Notes: a model not told the origin generated them from the sequence alone. A stretch of DNA of 64,000 nucleotides from Veleropilina oligotropha (GCA_048128005.1 JBEUKZ010000111.1:62001-126000), one strand, 5' to 3'. Shown: positions 38,062 to 51,419, numbered from the stretch's first letter. Numbers and translations: made by a program.

Positions 38062-39076
38062 GTGACCCTCCACCACAAAGCCAGTCGCTTGTCGCAAATT
38101 TTCAAAATCGAGATTTAAGCATATCTGATTAGCTGTGATCATTCCAAGTGATTTGGTGCTTAAATTATCCAGATCCGATAAAAAATAATGAAATTATGAT
38201 TGCTGCAAGTGTACGTGATGCGTCATCATTGGGGTAGACATGATGACGTAATTAAGGAGAAATAAACGTTTAAAAAATTCAAACAGTTATTAATCTACCA
38301 TTTGATAAAGTCCTTGACAACGCATATTTTTTGTGGTCGAATCTCTTTGAAACTTTCTATTTACGTAGATATGTTTATTAGCTACATATAGACATTAAAT
38401 TTATTGTTATCTGACACACAGTTTTGGATTTATACCACCCTCGAAGAATAACGTATAATCCATACAAATAGCAATTTTGTCGATTTTCGGCGAAAAAACG
38501 TCATTTTGTCGATTTTCGGCGAAAAAACGTCATTTTTATTGACATTTGCAATAACATCTAATATTAATGTGTAGAAACTTATAGTTGATTTACATAAAAT
38601 ACGTGCAGCCCTGTTTCCTAAATCTATTTTAAAATGATTTCATATATTGTCTGAGACATATATATACCATTGTATTCGTAAACATGACAAGATAAAGTTT
38701 TGAGATCACCTCAAAATGTGACGTCATGTGTACACACGAGGGCGCTATCAAAATGGCCGTTGTTTACAAGATGATGACAACGGCAGTATCGGTTTACTGT
38801 TGATTTTTCCGATTTATGTTGTACTGTGGGCGATGAAAAATGTCCGTATGCCTTGATAGGTCGTCGCATGCATACGTGAATCAGCGTCTTTCTCATAAAA
38901 CGATTGCTTTGACCGCGGCTAATGAAAACAAGTAAAAATGACGATTTTCTCTTACTGGTAAGTACATTTCGTTTTGATTCGTTTGCCTTCAGTAAATTTA
39001 TGTGTGTGTGTGCGCGCGTCATGACTCATTCTATTTTAATATGTTTACATGTTTAATACATTAATAACCCCGAAGC

Positions 39077-39890
39077 GGTCCGACTAATTACCCAAATGTA
39101 CCCAAAAGTACCCAAATGTACCCAAAAGTAGTCACATATGATTAAAATATAGGTTTTTCATTGTATATAAAGCCTTATTTGTGACCGTAGAGGATTGGAA
39201 AATGTCACGACGTGGCATGTGGCGTAATGATTCGAAAACTATGTAAATTTATTAACCATAACGATATTTTAATTGACTGAATTGAAGGGAGATAACTCAT
39301 ATGTATTTCTCGAGGTTTCAATGGATCAGCGCTAAAACACACAATGTTTGATTTGAATTTGGAGTTTTACGATCACTGTCAGCGGTACCAGTATATTAAC
39401 AACACTATCCGATAAGATGTATAATATAACATAGAGAAAACGAAAGCTTTTGGCATTACAACTCATTAATTTATCAGCAAATAACATGAATTTAGCCACA
39501 TATTGGGCCTAACTACGGCATTGTAGTGTATTCTGCATCAATTATTAAATAATTTTGAAACAACAAAATTCCCCGTATATGTTTTTGCTTCAATAGCACT
39601 AATTAACTGAGGATTCAAATTCAAATCAAATATTGTGTGTTTTAGCGCTGATCCATTGAAACCTCGAGAAATACATATGAGTTATCTCCCTTGAATTCAG
39701 TCAATTAAAATATCGTTATGGTTAATAAATTTACGTAGTTTTCGAATTATTACGCCACATGACACGTCGTGACATTTTCCAATCCTCTACGGTCACAAAT
39801 AAGGCTTTATATACAATGAAAAACCTATATTTTAATCATATGTGACTACTTTTGGGTACATTTGGGTACATTTGGGTAATTAGTCGGACC
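39077..39890. mobile_element. Foldback element with ~280-bp inverted arms
   Basis: 39077-~39360 is nearly the reverse complement of ~39615-39890; no TSD seen. Confidence 0.8.
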
Positions 39891-42034
39891 CATCACGAAG
39901 TAAAAGGCAGGTGTCAGGGAGAAACGAAATGGAAGAGGTGGGATGGTAGGGGACCCGTTTGTAAACTGGTGGGCCCGCTAGAATACTATATAATACGGCT
40001 GAAATTTTTTAAATTGCTTGTAAAGTAACCGATCCAAATGAAAATAGTAAACGCACTGATGAAAATATTGCTCATTATTATCTTATGTTCTGAGAGTAGT
40101 TATGTGGTTGCAATTAATTTGGTAAGTTGTTCATATCAAGTTAACGGATTTGCTAACAATTTTATACTCCCACTGTTGATAAAGACATGTATAAATTTAT
40201 TTATGCTGTAATTATGAATGCCACTGTCTTATACATTTATTTCCATTGTTCATGGAGAGTAATCAATAAGCGGACAATGATATTACAATGGCATGAACTC
40301 CGAGTAGCTGGTCTAACCGACGTCCAATTCAACCCCTGACCTGAGAATTTGACTAATCTAGAGGTTGATTGTTTGTTTCTTTCGCCAGGTCAGCTAATAA
40401 GAAAACGTGGACAGTCATGAAAGACTAACACTGCAAATATATTCCTATATTAATTTAAGAGTTTTAGTTCACAAGTCATTTAAGATATGTTCAATTCAAT
40501 TTGCTATTTTTTCAGAGTTCCAAGTTCCGTCATCTTTCCTGCAATGGACCGATCAGTGCGTTTACTGTCAGAAGCTCACAGACATTGATGAGGCCATCAT
40601 CTATTGAACTTGCATCTCCCAGAGCAACGTATGAAACACCTTTAAGATATTTCAATTGACAGGACTGTTGATTGTCATTCAGTCATCTTTGTGGATGAAT
40701 ACAATTCATGAATCTAAAGGGACAAATTACCATTGATACTGATGGGATTAATTCATGAATCCACTTGATGAGGCGCAAATTTGTTTTCTTTTGTGCGTAC
40801 TTGGTAGTATGCTCTGAAAAATTATTTCCATGTTGTTTGTTTTGGTTTGAGTGAAATTTTCTGCAACCAAGTAAATCAGTATTACATTGGTGATGATTCT
40901 TGCATAACAGCACAATATCATGTTGCCTTAAAATTGTATTTACTGTTATGAAATGCAGGTCCAGTTTGCTTAGCGACATTGTGCGATCGATCTGCTTTAC
41001 AGGAGTACATGATATCGTCTTGTTTTAACCGAATAATACATGTATGCTTCCCTTCCTCAGGATAACGTGAGCATGTCTCAATTTGACCATACGATAATAT
41101 GGGAATATCTCGATATGACCACTAACGTTCAAATAAGAGAATGTTTTGAGTAAACATACAAACAACACAACAAATGTATATAATAATTAAATGTTTTGCC
41201 TTTATTCATGTTTTTGCGAAACTGATCAATGATCCCTTGCCAATTTTTACTTATATTTGTTATGTATTTATATCAAATATTACTTCCAACATTATTTAAA
41301 TATCTAACATTAATAATAGAGGACATTATTTTATTAGATACAATATTTTGTACGTTTATTTCGATTATAAACTGATGAAAATAATGAAGAGTTTACTTAC
41401 TGTGATGGTTTTACTTATGAATGATGGACAGTTTAATTTCCTATATGCTTTTAATGTTTTTGAGAATGTATACTAATTTCAAGCAGAATGCATTTCGTTA
41501 TTTGTCTTAATGAGACTACACATATGATAGTGCTGAATTTGTTGATGACTTCAACCCATGTATCGTGTATCATAAAACCGATCAATGGCAAGTAAATTAA
41601 AATTAATAAATATATTTAATATAGTAAGCCTAGGACGAAACGATTTGGGTTTGCCCGAAATTAATGCATCCGTGGCAATTATAATGGCGGATACATAGAA
41701 TGATTTTCAGCGGCGACCACAGATTTATATTATAAAACAGCAAACAATGTAGGTTCTTTCACGAAAACTTTTTATAACATCCACATACGTTAAACCACTC
41801 TGCTAGAGCCTCGTTGTTCAATGCCATGTGGTATTCAATGCTTACTGCGACATCACTTGACAACTTATATTGTTATAGCTTATATATTACATATGCTATT
41901 TAGCATTACTTTATTCACGACTATTAAATTTTAAATTTGACCAGCATTTAAAATTCCTTAATATAAATATTTTAGCTTTAATATATATACTAAGTTTATT
42001 GCACAATAGCACCAACACTTTTACTGGTTGCGAT

Positions 42035-42476
42035 CACAGGGGCCTGGATCTCTGCTTATCGTTCGTCTGTTTCCGATTGACGAGTAGCGCAGTTCGCTAT
42101 AGCTATATTTATGGAAATTATTTCAAATGCATTGTGTCGAATATTGACCAATGAAATCATATCACATTATGACGCTGGGGTTTGATGAGTCCCGAGTAAT
42201 TGGTAGCTGTTTTACCAGATGGACTTAGAAGTTGTTTACAAGAGGTAGGTACATTATTTTTTCAATATATTGTTTGTTAAACAAGCTATTTATCGATACT
42301 GTGAGCGCTGAGTGTTAACTACGCGTAATTCGTAAGTTATTCGTCATGTTATCGAGTCGTGTGCTACGCTCGCCGTACTTGCCGACCCCCCTTGTTTATA
42401 TTATATAGCTATAGCGAACTGCGCTACTCGTCAATCAGAAACAGACGAACGATAAGCAGCGATCCAGGCCCCTGTG
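42035..42476. mobile_element. MITE with ~70-bp TIRs and 8-bp TSD (P- or hAT-like)
   Basis: CACAGGGGCCTGGATC...GATCCAGGCCCCTGTG; GTTGCGAT at 42027-42034 and 42477-42484. Confidence 0.88.
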
Positions 42477-43690
42477 GTTGCGATGGCAAAATTGACTCCT
42501 TATAATTTTAAAAGTAAATTCATTTATCCATTAATTTGTCGTTTGACAGATCACAATCATGATATAAAGCAAATATTGACAATATAATTTATTTAAATGT
42601 ATGCAACCATTCTATGAAAACTTTACACCTTTTACAATAATCGTTCCATCTTTTAGGTTTTGTCAAAATTCCACAATTCGTGGCAAAGCTGTGACAACTT
42701 TTTATCCTTATTATGGTGTAACGAGGAGCATTGACTGCTTTGATATGAAAAATTTATATGATCACTGGAATTAGTAATAATGATATCATTGATAAGTAAA
42801 TTATAACACAATCATTTACAAATATTGCCTAAACTGTTTAAGTAAAAATGTGTCGAACAGTTTGTAAGATTTTCTTCAAATATAATTTAACAAATTTAAA
42901 ACAAGGGCAATAACTCTTGACAACAATTGTCGCATACGTCAAAATTAGCAATTTGACCTATTTCACCAACTTCTTGTTACCCACCAAGATTCTTAAATTT
43001 TGTCAAGTGGTTTAATTATGAGGCATATTCCTTAAAAAAATTGAACAAATTTGAAACAATGGCAATAATTCGGCCAATAATGGCTGCACAACACCAAAAT
43101 TAGCAAAAGGCCACAATTATCCAAATACGCAATATACCCACCTAGTTTCGTAAAGAAATGTCGAGCGGTTTGAGATATATGCATGCACAGACAGACGCAC
43201 TTCATTTTTTAGGGGTTAATACAATTTACATAAATATCGATATACAGAAGTACAAACTGCATTCAAATTATTACCATATATCTACAATCATATGAAAACA
43301 TTTGAAAAACCTGTAGGTCACTGGCACTAGTATCAATGATAATAAAATCTGAATAAACAATAATGAACAAATATCTATTAATTATTAAAATACAATTACA
43401 GTAATTGCATCAACAAAATACTGACACTTGAAACAATGATATTCTTCTGGCACTCCCAGCATAAATCGGTCATGGGCCGTGCCACCACGATGTGGGGAAG
43501 CAATGTTTTCCAAAGTTGGCGAAAAGAATTGCAGCAAATACTGCGGTCTCCTGGAAAAAACAATTTTATGAAGCCATCAATTCCAAGTTGAACTTTATTT
43601 AATTTCACATTTGCATGATTAATACTATGCATTACACTTATTATCCAGTAGTATTTTCCGTTAACAGTACTTCGGTTTTTCAAGAATCCA

Positions 43691-44267
43691 CTAGGATATA
43701 TTTCACTCGATGATGATGATGAATTGATGTTTAACGACCACGCCAACAGTATTTCAGTTATAAATCGGGTCAATCAACTTTTGAATGATGAAATGAAGTG
43801 GTGCTGTGTGCAATGGAGGCAGCGATCATTGGAAAAATCCCCGGCACTCCCGGGGCTTGAACCCGTGACCTCCCGTTTAGTAGACCAGCACCGTATCTAC
43901 TCGGCCATGCTGCCCCATATATTTCACTCGACAAAATATTGGTGACATGGCATTAATACTCCATTTATTACATAAATGGGTTAATTATCAATAAAACATC
44001 AATAAACATTGTAATACCATATTATGAAACGATAAATTTAGTTTAAATGAGTGCAGTTGACATTGTAATATTGAAAAGTAATTCGACATTATAACAAGCC
44101 ATGGACAATACTTATATAATGCCACGTTATGACGCATTTTTTATAATTTCACTCACAAGAGTGAACTGTGGAAAGAGATTCCACTCGCGCGAGTGAATAT
44201 ATAGATGAGTGAATTACCTAAAATATGCCATTATTTAATGAATAACAGCACCATTTATGTAATAAAT
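43691..44267 (-). mobile_element. Hairpin-ended (Crypton-type) non-autonomous element, truncated and SINE-interrupted
   Basis: Homologous to 4737-5220; ATTTATTACATAAATGG / CCATTTATGTAATAAAT inverted pair; only one hairpin arm remains. Confidence 0.65.
43711..43916 (-). mobile_element. tRNA-derived SINE (family B) with 15-bp TSD
   Basis: Head GGGGCAGCATGGCCGAGT..GGTTCAAGCC, (CAT)n tail, ATATATTTCACTCGA at 43696-43710 and 43917-43931. Confidence 0.88.
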
Positions 44268-44269
44268 AT

Positions 44270-45180
44270 ATTTATCTTACATTAGCTCGTAATACTGCAT
44301 TCTGATTGGTTAACGTTCCTTCGACAATCACCGTATTTCCCAGCCAGGCGGGGTATATGAATTATTTATACCTTACGTAGTTGTGTGTACTGTTATAGTA
44401 CATGCGCGCCCTCAATAACAAGGGAGATAATTGTGATCATGTATACCTGTCGTCTGCCGAACCAACAACATTCGTTGTTAAGTCACCGAGTCGTACGTCG
44501 TTTAGAAATATTTGCCTCTAATTTATCTTATAGTTAATCGGTTAAAACTGCTAGACATTTCCATGTAAAATAATCGATTAATTTATTCTTATTTAACTAA
44601 TATTGGTGTTTACTGCTATTGCGGACCATTCTCCTGTGCGTCATTTCTTTACCGTACATGAACTGAGTATTATAATTTCTGTACCAGGAGAGTGACGGTT
44701 GCTAAGCAATATCACTGCATTCTACTGGCCACGTCGGAATATCCTTAAATATATTTAAATTACATCGGTTTTCAGATAATTAGCATCAACATACCATATT
44801 TATTTTTCAATACTCCTACCAATCCTACTGAAATACCATAACAAAAGATAAGAAATATAATATTTTATCGAACTTGAATTGTTATACATATTCTTCAGAA
44901 GAGGCTACGACATCATTTTAGAGATGCGGTTTTCAGCTGTAACTATGGAATATATAAACGGTGTCCTTTCACGGAGCGATAAATTTGGAAAAGAAAATTG
45001 TTTAAAATGCAAGATTTTGTTTATATGAGGGTAAGATAAATTCGTTGTCGGCATAGCCCTCGTGGAATATGGGTCTATGTACCCGTTTACGAAAATTTAT
45101 TAACCTCGACTTCGTCTCGGTTAATAAATTTTCGCCAACAGGTACATAGACCCATATTCCCCTCGTGCAAGGCCGACAAC
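44270..45180 (+). mobile_element. Hairpin-ended (Crypton-type) non-autonomous element
   Basis: Left end ATTTATCTTAC is inverted at 45031-45041; imperfect hairpin 45044-45180; shares the ATAAATTCGTT core with the YR element. Confidence 0.72.
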
Positions 45181-45185
45181 TTATA

Positions 45186-45534
45186 TTACACAACGGCTCT
45201 TTTGTTTTGAAGAGGTCGGTATTCAGCGTGAACACCTTGTTTTCAATGACGATTCAAAAGTAGGGTGGTATAGCCATACCAACCTACTTTTCACTCTATA
45301 CCGACCTGCGTCCGTGCAAGACGGCTAAAGCTGATCACAAGCTAAATTGACAACAAAGGAGCTATAATTGGCCGTTGTGTAAGTCGGTTACAAACCTCGT
45401 TAGTCGGTATTCATCTATTTGAAAGACCTGCTTCCGTGCTGGTAACACCTCGACCGCTCCGCGGTCTCGGTGTCACGATCCGCACGGGCGCAGGTCTTTC
45501 AAATCGATGAATACCTCCAACTCGGTTAGTAACC
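45186..45534 (+). mobile_element. Hairpin-ended (Crypton-type) non-autonomous element
   Basis: Left end TTACACAACGGC is inverted at 45371-45382; imperfect hairpin 45386-45534. Confidence 0.7.
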
Positions 45535-48500
45535 TATACATATCTAATATATAAAACAGTAGTTTCAGCGTTTCTCTAGATGTTTATTTGTTTGACCAGA
45601 AAGGGAGATAATGCATGCTGGGTGTCACTGCCGTGTAACGCTCGGGGAAAGGGGGCGCCGTAGATGTGAGTCTGTCTGTTTGGTCAGAAAGGGAGATAAT
45701 TCGACGGTCTGTTTGGCCTGATTTATTGTATTGAATGCATGCATCATTTACATCTGCGAATATTCATATTTCTAGTGTTTATTGTCACATTTGAACATCC
45801 CTAGTCGTATTGAGATATGACCACAGTATCATTATGTGGTGGCCCAGATAAACCAGTGAAACACACCTGCTTGGGTCGGTTATATATAATGTGTTTACAA
45901 CTATTGACATGTTTTTCATATGAATACAACATGATTATGCTACATACCAATGGCAATCATGCTTTGCTCATACAGTCGGTGGATAGATGCTTTGGTGTGA
46001 CAGGATGGGAGGAGTCGCAGATCGTCACGCTTATATCCAGGGATTCGGCCTGGCAGTATCATGGCATGCTCTTCAGTGAAAGAAGTTAGAAAATTCACTA
46101 CTCGCTCTGCATCCTGCATGGTAATCACCCTAGTGTTGTTTTTCCTACCACCGGATAGCATCTTGCGAGGACAAAGGCCATTTTCTTTATACCAAGCATT
46201 CAGGGCAGTCACTGGATACTCTACAAGATGTAATATAAAAAAATATTTACCATCTTTATGTCATGGGGAGGAAACTGATCAAAATACATATGGCCATATC
46301 TATTTATTTATATAAGTATGTTTTATTGTCGCATTTATAGTTTTATGAGTCTTTATTGTACTATTTTAACATACATGGTCATATTGAGATAATGCTCATA
46401 TTTTCATGGGATAAAAACAAGGCTGAAACCCCATGGTCTGCAATCACTTATGAACAACTGTAATGTTTTATTAACTCCAGGGAGTGCCAATGTACTCAGA
46501 TACTGTATTATTACCCAATGATAAAGCATTACCTATAGGATAGCACTAGGTTGGGTGGTCGGTGAAACGTCAGAACCAACCGAGTGCATAACATCCCACT
46601 CAGGTGATCATGCGACCATTAGCATAAAAACTGGCAAACAACAATTTGATTTTCAATTTAAACTATTTTGCAATCACATTCCACTGGCAACATCTGCACA
46701 GTAAACATCCAACTTCAAAAGTAGAACTGTTACTGAATGATGTTTGCTCACCTGACATGATTGCTGTTAACAAAATGACAATATATTGATGCCTGATCTG
46801 AGTAATATTCATAACATGGCAGGCGTTCATGACTGTTGAGGTGATAATCATTCAAGTCGGGCCAATAAAATGGTACAACGCCTTCAAAACCATTGTTATA
46901 TTATCAATTATATTAATCAACATGCCTATTATTTTTGTATTACATCTTAAAGTCAGTCATTTTAATAGGCATTGTTGGTTTTTATGACTAATGCACTGGT
47001 TCAACTGCTGGTTCACGCAGCCATAGTCCTTCATAGCTCGCGAAGCTCAGTTGATTTCAATCTTGGTTTATGCATTGCTCATAGGATAAATTGAACATAC
47101 TGTATCATCAATCCATATGACCCTTATCTATATCATCAGGATATACTATAAGTTACATGTGACAATCAACTGGAACAGCAGAAATATTTATGATTGCATA
47201 TTTTCATACAACTAATATTCACGAAGTTAATACTTACGAAAACAAAAACTTAAAAGTATCTCTGCACACTCTCATGCCGTCGATAAGGTAACCGGACTTC
47301 TGAAACTGCCTCTGGCTTTGGACACGATGTCTGCTCCTGCAGGTCATTTCACTGCTGTTTGCCACAGTACTAATCACTCCAAGCAGTATCAGATCTATTT
47401 CAGCTGAAAAGTAGATCACACATATAAAAAAATGAACATTCAGTATGTCATCATGGCAACGCGACTGGAAACGTCGTGATCATCGTGGTTTCTTCTGATG
47501 CTTATATTAAAACTAATAGCCATATCGCTTTCGATTTAAGGCATATCTATGATTTAAACGACAATAGAGCTTATTATTTTTAACGGTAAAATGAGTCACC
47601 AGTTGAGTTTGAACCCGGGCCCGTCTGACATTCTAGTTAAGTGTCTGATGGGTTAACCAATCACAAATTTTATTATAACTTCGGACAAAAATAATTTGTT
47701 TCAACATTTCAGAATTTTTAAAGTATGCAAATGTGGCTAACATATAGGCCTACCTGTTGTCAGCTCTCTTAGTGTAAGTCGCTTGTTCAGCATCACTTCT
47801 ACTGGAAATTGTCGATAGCATGGTGCTCGTTCGAAGTAATGACAGCTACATCTGCAAACAATATACTCAAGGTCACAATGGTGATTTTTTTTAAAATTAT
47901 GCATATATTACAGATATTCTAAAAATGCACCCAATTTCTATAAATTCGAATGACCCATATTACAGAAAAGTCATGGTAATATACAGGTGGATGTGTATAT
48001 GTAGCCTTTCATTGTATTCTAGTAGTGAATTTCTACTACACACAGTAGCGATTACACATAATACATATAATTTGATGTTAAAATGGGACTTAAATCCATG
48101 TTCTTTCATCATCATCATTCACCTCGCTACTGATAAGCGTCAGATATGGCTATAATCGCTCGCTGTGTGGCACTTACCTGAAACTTTCAGCCTTTCCTGT
48201 CTCGGCGTCTGGCATTTCGACGATAAAACCGGCCGCAATTTCCGTTGCCGTTTCCGCATCTGTATCAAGGACAGGTATATCTTCGTCGCTCGAATCATGG
48301 TCGGTCTCGGTGTTAATATCGGACGGGTCATCGCTATCTGACAGGGTCTCGACTGGCTCCGCAAACAGGTAGTCGTTTACAACGGCTTGTAAGTCGCCAC
48401 TTTCCCTACCTATTCCATCCAAATTAGATAACGAAATGCTGTTCAATGCCTTCGCCACTTCCTCTGCATGTTTTGCTCTTTTAATTAGCATAGTAGCGTT

Positions 48501-49007
48501 TCTTAGCTTAAAATCAACAAAGATAAGAAGCTTCGATACGAATGTCGTGAACTTCAAAAGAAGCGCAAACAACATGTGAGTTGGAATCATCTGGGCATGC
48601 GCGGAATTATAGACCAATCATATTGCTTGATTTAGCTCCACATGATCACGTTGCTAGGCTGTTATCAACAAACACATTCATTTCAATACAATTTGTCATT
48701 GGTTCATTTAATATTTGACCCGGTCAGCTATGCCATATTTGGAAAGTAGAGTCTTCAAGCGTCATAGCGATATCCGTTATGTATGGAGAATTACACAGCG
48801 CTCAATGTACTGATTATCCAAAATGCTGAGTGTTTTGGTGACATTCTACCCGAATATTGAACAAAATGACATTGACGAACACATATGAAAGCAGAAATAA
48901 TGTAATTTTTATTTATTTTCTTCGAAAAACAAGTATAGTGTGCGAAAGTGTGACTATCAATAATCAAGTTCTCAAAATATACCAAAATAGCCCAGATAAC
49001 ATTACAT

Positions 49008-49878
49008 CAGTCTTCGCCATGAGCAAAATGGCAGGCGAGCTGTACATCGCTCTCCTGAAATCTTCAAGGCGAGCTATCACTCTCCTGAATGTTAATGTTA
49101 ATATATATGCATGTTATAACTATTATCTTGTGTATTACATGTTATAAAATATCGTTGCACTAATATTTCGCTGCATAAAACGTCCCGATGCCGAAACAAG
49201 TAGATTGTTGCAACTGCTAGTAGATTATCGATATATAATTGTCCGTTGATAAGTGGTTTATTTCTTTACTTTGTGCATGTAAACACCAGCATTTTTAAGA
49301 AGATACGACCAAACGCGAAACTTAATTACTTCTAACATCATTACAGTGACTTATATCGCATTGTCGGCGCAGCGTTGTCTTTGCCCATTCACAGAAAATG
49401 CGTTTTCCAATACTGACCCACTTACTGACCTCAATTGTCGTCTATATATATACTTCCTATGTTGATTGGTCGATGGCGCATTGAAGAATATTCCGAAGAT
49501 TAATTATGCATATATCGTCTGTTTCAGGCAATACTGTTTTAAGGTAACACGGAAATTGCCGGAATTCCTCGTGTATGTTCGCGGACATTAGTTTGCAAGT
49601 CGATATCGCAAATTTCAACCTGGTTCCGCAGTTTTGCAAATGTATAACGCCAGCAAAGCTATGAAATGACTTCTAAATACACATGTATTTTATTTTATTG
49701 CAAAACCTGACATAGCCTTAGTAAATAACCATGACAAAGGGTGTGATAAATAATTCAATGTTGCACTTCAGTTCATAAGTTGGAAAGTAAAGGCGAGCGA
49801 CTAGCAACTCGCCTGAAATCAGTCAGGCGCGTGCGGAGGCGAGCGCGAGCGATCGCTCGCCTTTCCTGACGAAGACTG
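49008..49878. mobile_element. MITE nested in the Sola-like right arm
   Basis: CAGTCTTCG...CGAAGACTG TIRs, subterminal AGGCGAGC repeats, TTACAT duplicated on both sides. Confidence 0.7.
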
Positions 49879-49958
49879 TTACATCATTCGTTTTTAGGTG
49901 CTAGCGTCATTTGGCTCCCAGCGACATGTGACTGATTTTGTGATGGAGGGTCACAATT

Positions 49959-50169
49959 GATTGCATTATCACAAGTGTCTTTGAATATTTTGAAAGGCAA
50001 TGTTAAGATGAGTCCAGATGATATAAATAAGTTGAGGCCGTACAAAAATATCATTTTGCTGCTATCCAGTCGAGGTGTAAGTCAAAATAAGAAGAAGGAA
50101 GTCTTATTGAAGCATCTTTCGTTGATACGATTATTGTTGAAACACATCATACCACTGCTAAATGGCTAA
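49959..50169 (+). pseudogene. 3' part of the split small Polinton gene
   Basis: IALSQVSLNILKGNV..KLRPYK..LLKHIIPLL continues the 37958-38061 frame. Confidence 0.75.
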
Positions 50170-50464
50170 GGAATTAATATTAGTGCCAAAAGATAAATAC
50201 TATTCTTTAGTGAGTCAAAATGAAAAAGAGTTAAATATCATTTCATCAGATGATGAGATGCTGCCATCAGAGATTCAAGCAACAGTTATCCCATCTGTCT
50301 CTTCCAAGATTCCAAAAGGAAGTCAAAGTAATAATTTTCCAAAACAGGATATGGTTAAATTAATCAAAGAAATTGTTCAAAGTGGTGCTGGTGGCATTCA
50401 AGGAAAATTGATCACAGGACCCCCAGGAAAAAGACAAGAGGCATTCAAATGGTTGCCATATTAA
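50162..50464 (+). CDS. Polinton hypothetical protein, 100 aa
   Basis: Overlaps the preceding stop; MAKELILVP...KWLPY; AATAAA shortly downstream. Confidence 0.6.
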   Translation: MAKELILVPKDKYYSLVSQNEKELNIISSDDEMLPSEIQATVIPSVSSKIPKGSQSNNFPKQDMVKLIKEIVQSGAGGIQGKLITGPPGKRQEAFKWLPY

Positions 50465-50799
50465 TGTATTTATGATCTGAATAAACATTTATATACAAAT
50501 TCATGTGTTCACAGTCTACATTATTGCCATATGTTGTAGGTATATTTTACATATTACCATAATGTAAAAAATAATTTTTAACAAACAAGGTTTTCAATAA
50601 AAAATCAGTAACATAAAGGTAAATGTTTTATATATAATTTGATTTCAATCAAATAATTTCCTTTTATACCAAATTATTGCATAAAATACAATGCACGGTA
50701 TACAATTTTTAGCACAATATTCACCAGTAAATATAATTGGTACATAATATAGATTACATGAAATTCACACAACATTATTAACATTGCTTTCATATGATA

Positions 50800-51345
50800 A
50801 TGGGCAACATTCAACTAAATTTTAGATAAATAAATTAATGTTAATGAAAAGAATTTATACAAATATATTCTATATTGCCAAAATATTGTACACAATATTT
50901 CACAGCAAGAAATTTTTACAACAAAAAAACGTGAATAAAACAAAATTATACAAGGAAATGTACACATCATTATTATTAACATGGGTGCAATATGAAAATG
51001 AGTAACATTCAGTTAAATTTTATATAATAATTTGATGTTAATGAAAATAATTTGTACAAATATATTCTATATCGCAAAAATATTATAAAAAATATTTCAC
51101 AACAAGAAATTTTTATTACAAAAAAACGTGAATACAAATAAATTTACACATTATTATTATTAACATTGGTTTCATACGATAATGTGTATCATCCAGTTAA
51201 ATTTTATATCAATAATTTGATGGTAATCAAAAAATAATAAATACAAATAAATTATAATTCACAAAATATGTCACAAGAAATTTTTATAACAAAAAACATG
51301 AATAAAACAAAATTTATACAAATAAATTTGCATATTATTCACATG
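50800..51345. repeat. Three degenerate ~190-bp AT-rich repeats between the converging Polinton gene blocks
   Basis: Recurring AAATTTTATAT..GTTAATGAAA..TTTCACA(G/A)CAAGAAATTTTT..AAAAAACGTGAATA; followed by (CA)n at 51362-51417. Confidence 0.65.
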
Positions 51346-51375
51346 CATACTCTTAATAACGCACACACACACACA

Positions 51376-51419
<44 letters not shown>

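Larger units (their letters stand above)
43440..48491 (-). pseudogene. Intron-containing Sola-like transposase, N-terminal five exons only
   Basis: Exons 48491-48178, 47851-47754, 47403-47238, 46220-45948, 43550-~43440 with GT/AG ends and matching phases (one small frameshift); motifs VCRDTFKFL, LPGRIPGYKRDD..LLPS, PMTDLCWECQ; no catalytic region found. Confidence 0.72.
38062..49954 (-). mobile_element. 11.9-kb Sola-like DNA transposon inserted in the Polinton
   Basis: ~34-bp imperfect TIRs GTGACCCTCCA(C/T)CACAAA..; AATT TSD at 38058-38061 and 49955-49958; spliced transposase remnant inside. Confidence 0.82.

Noticed and set aside
43840..43916. tRNA gene
   Set aside because: It is the head of a SINE with a tail and a 15-bp TSD
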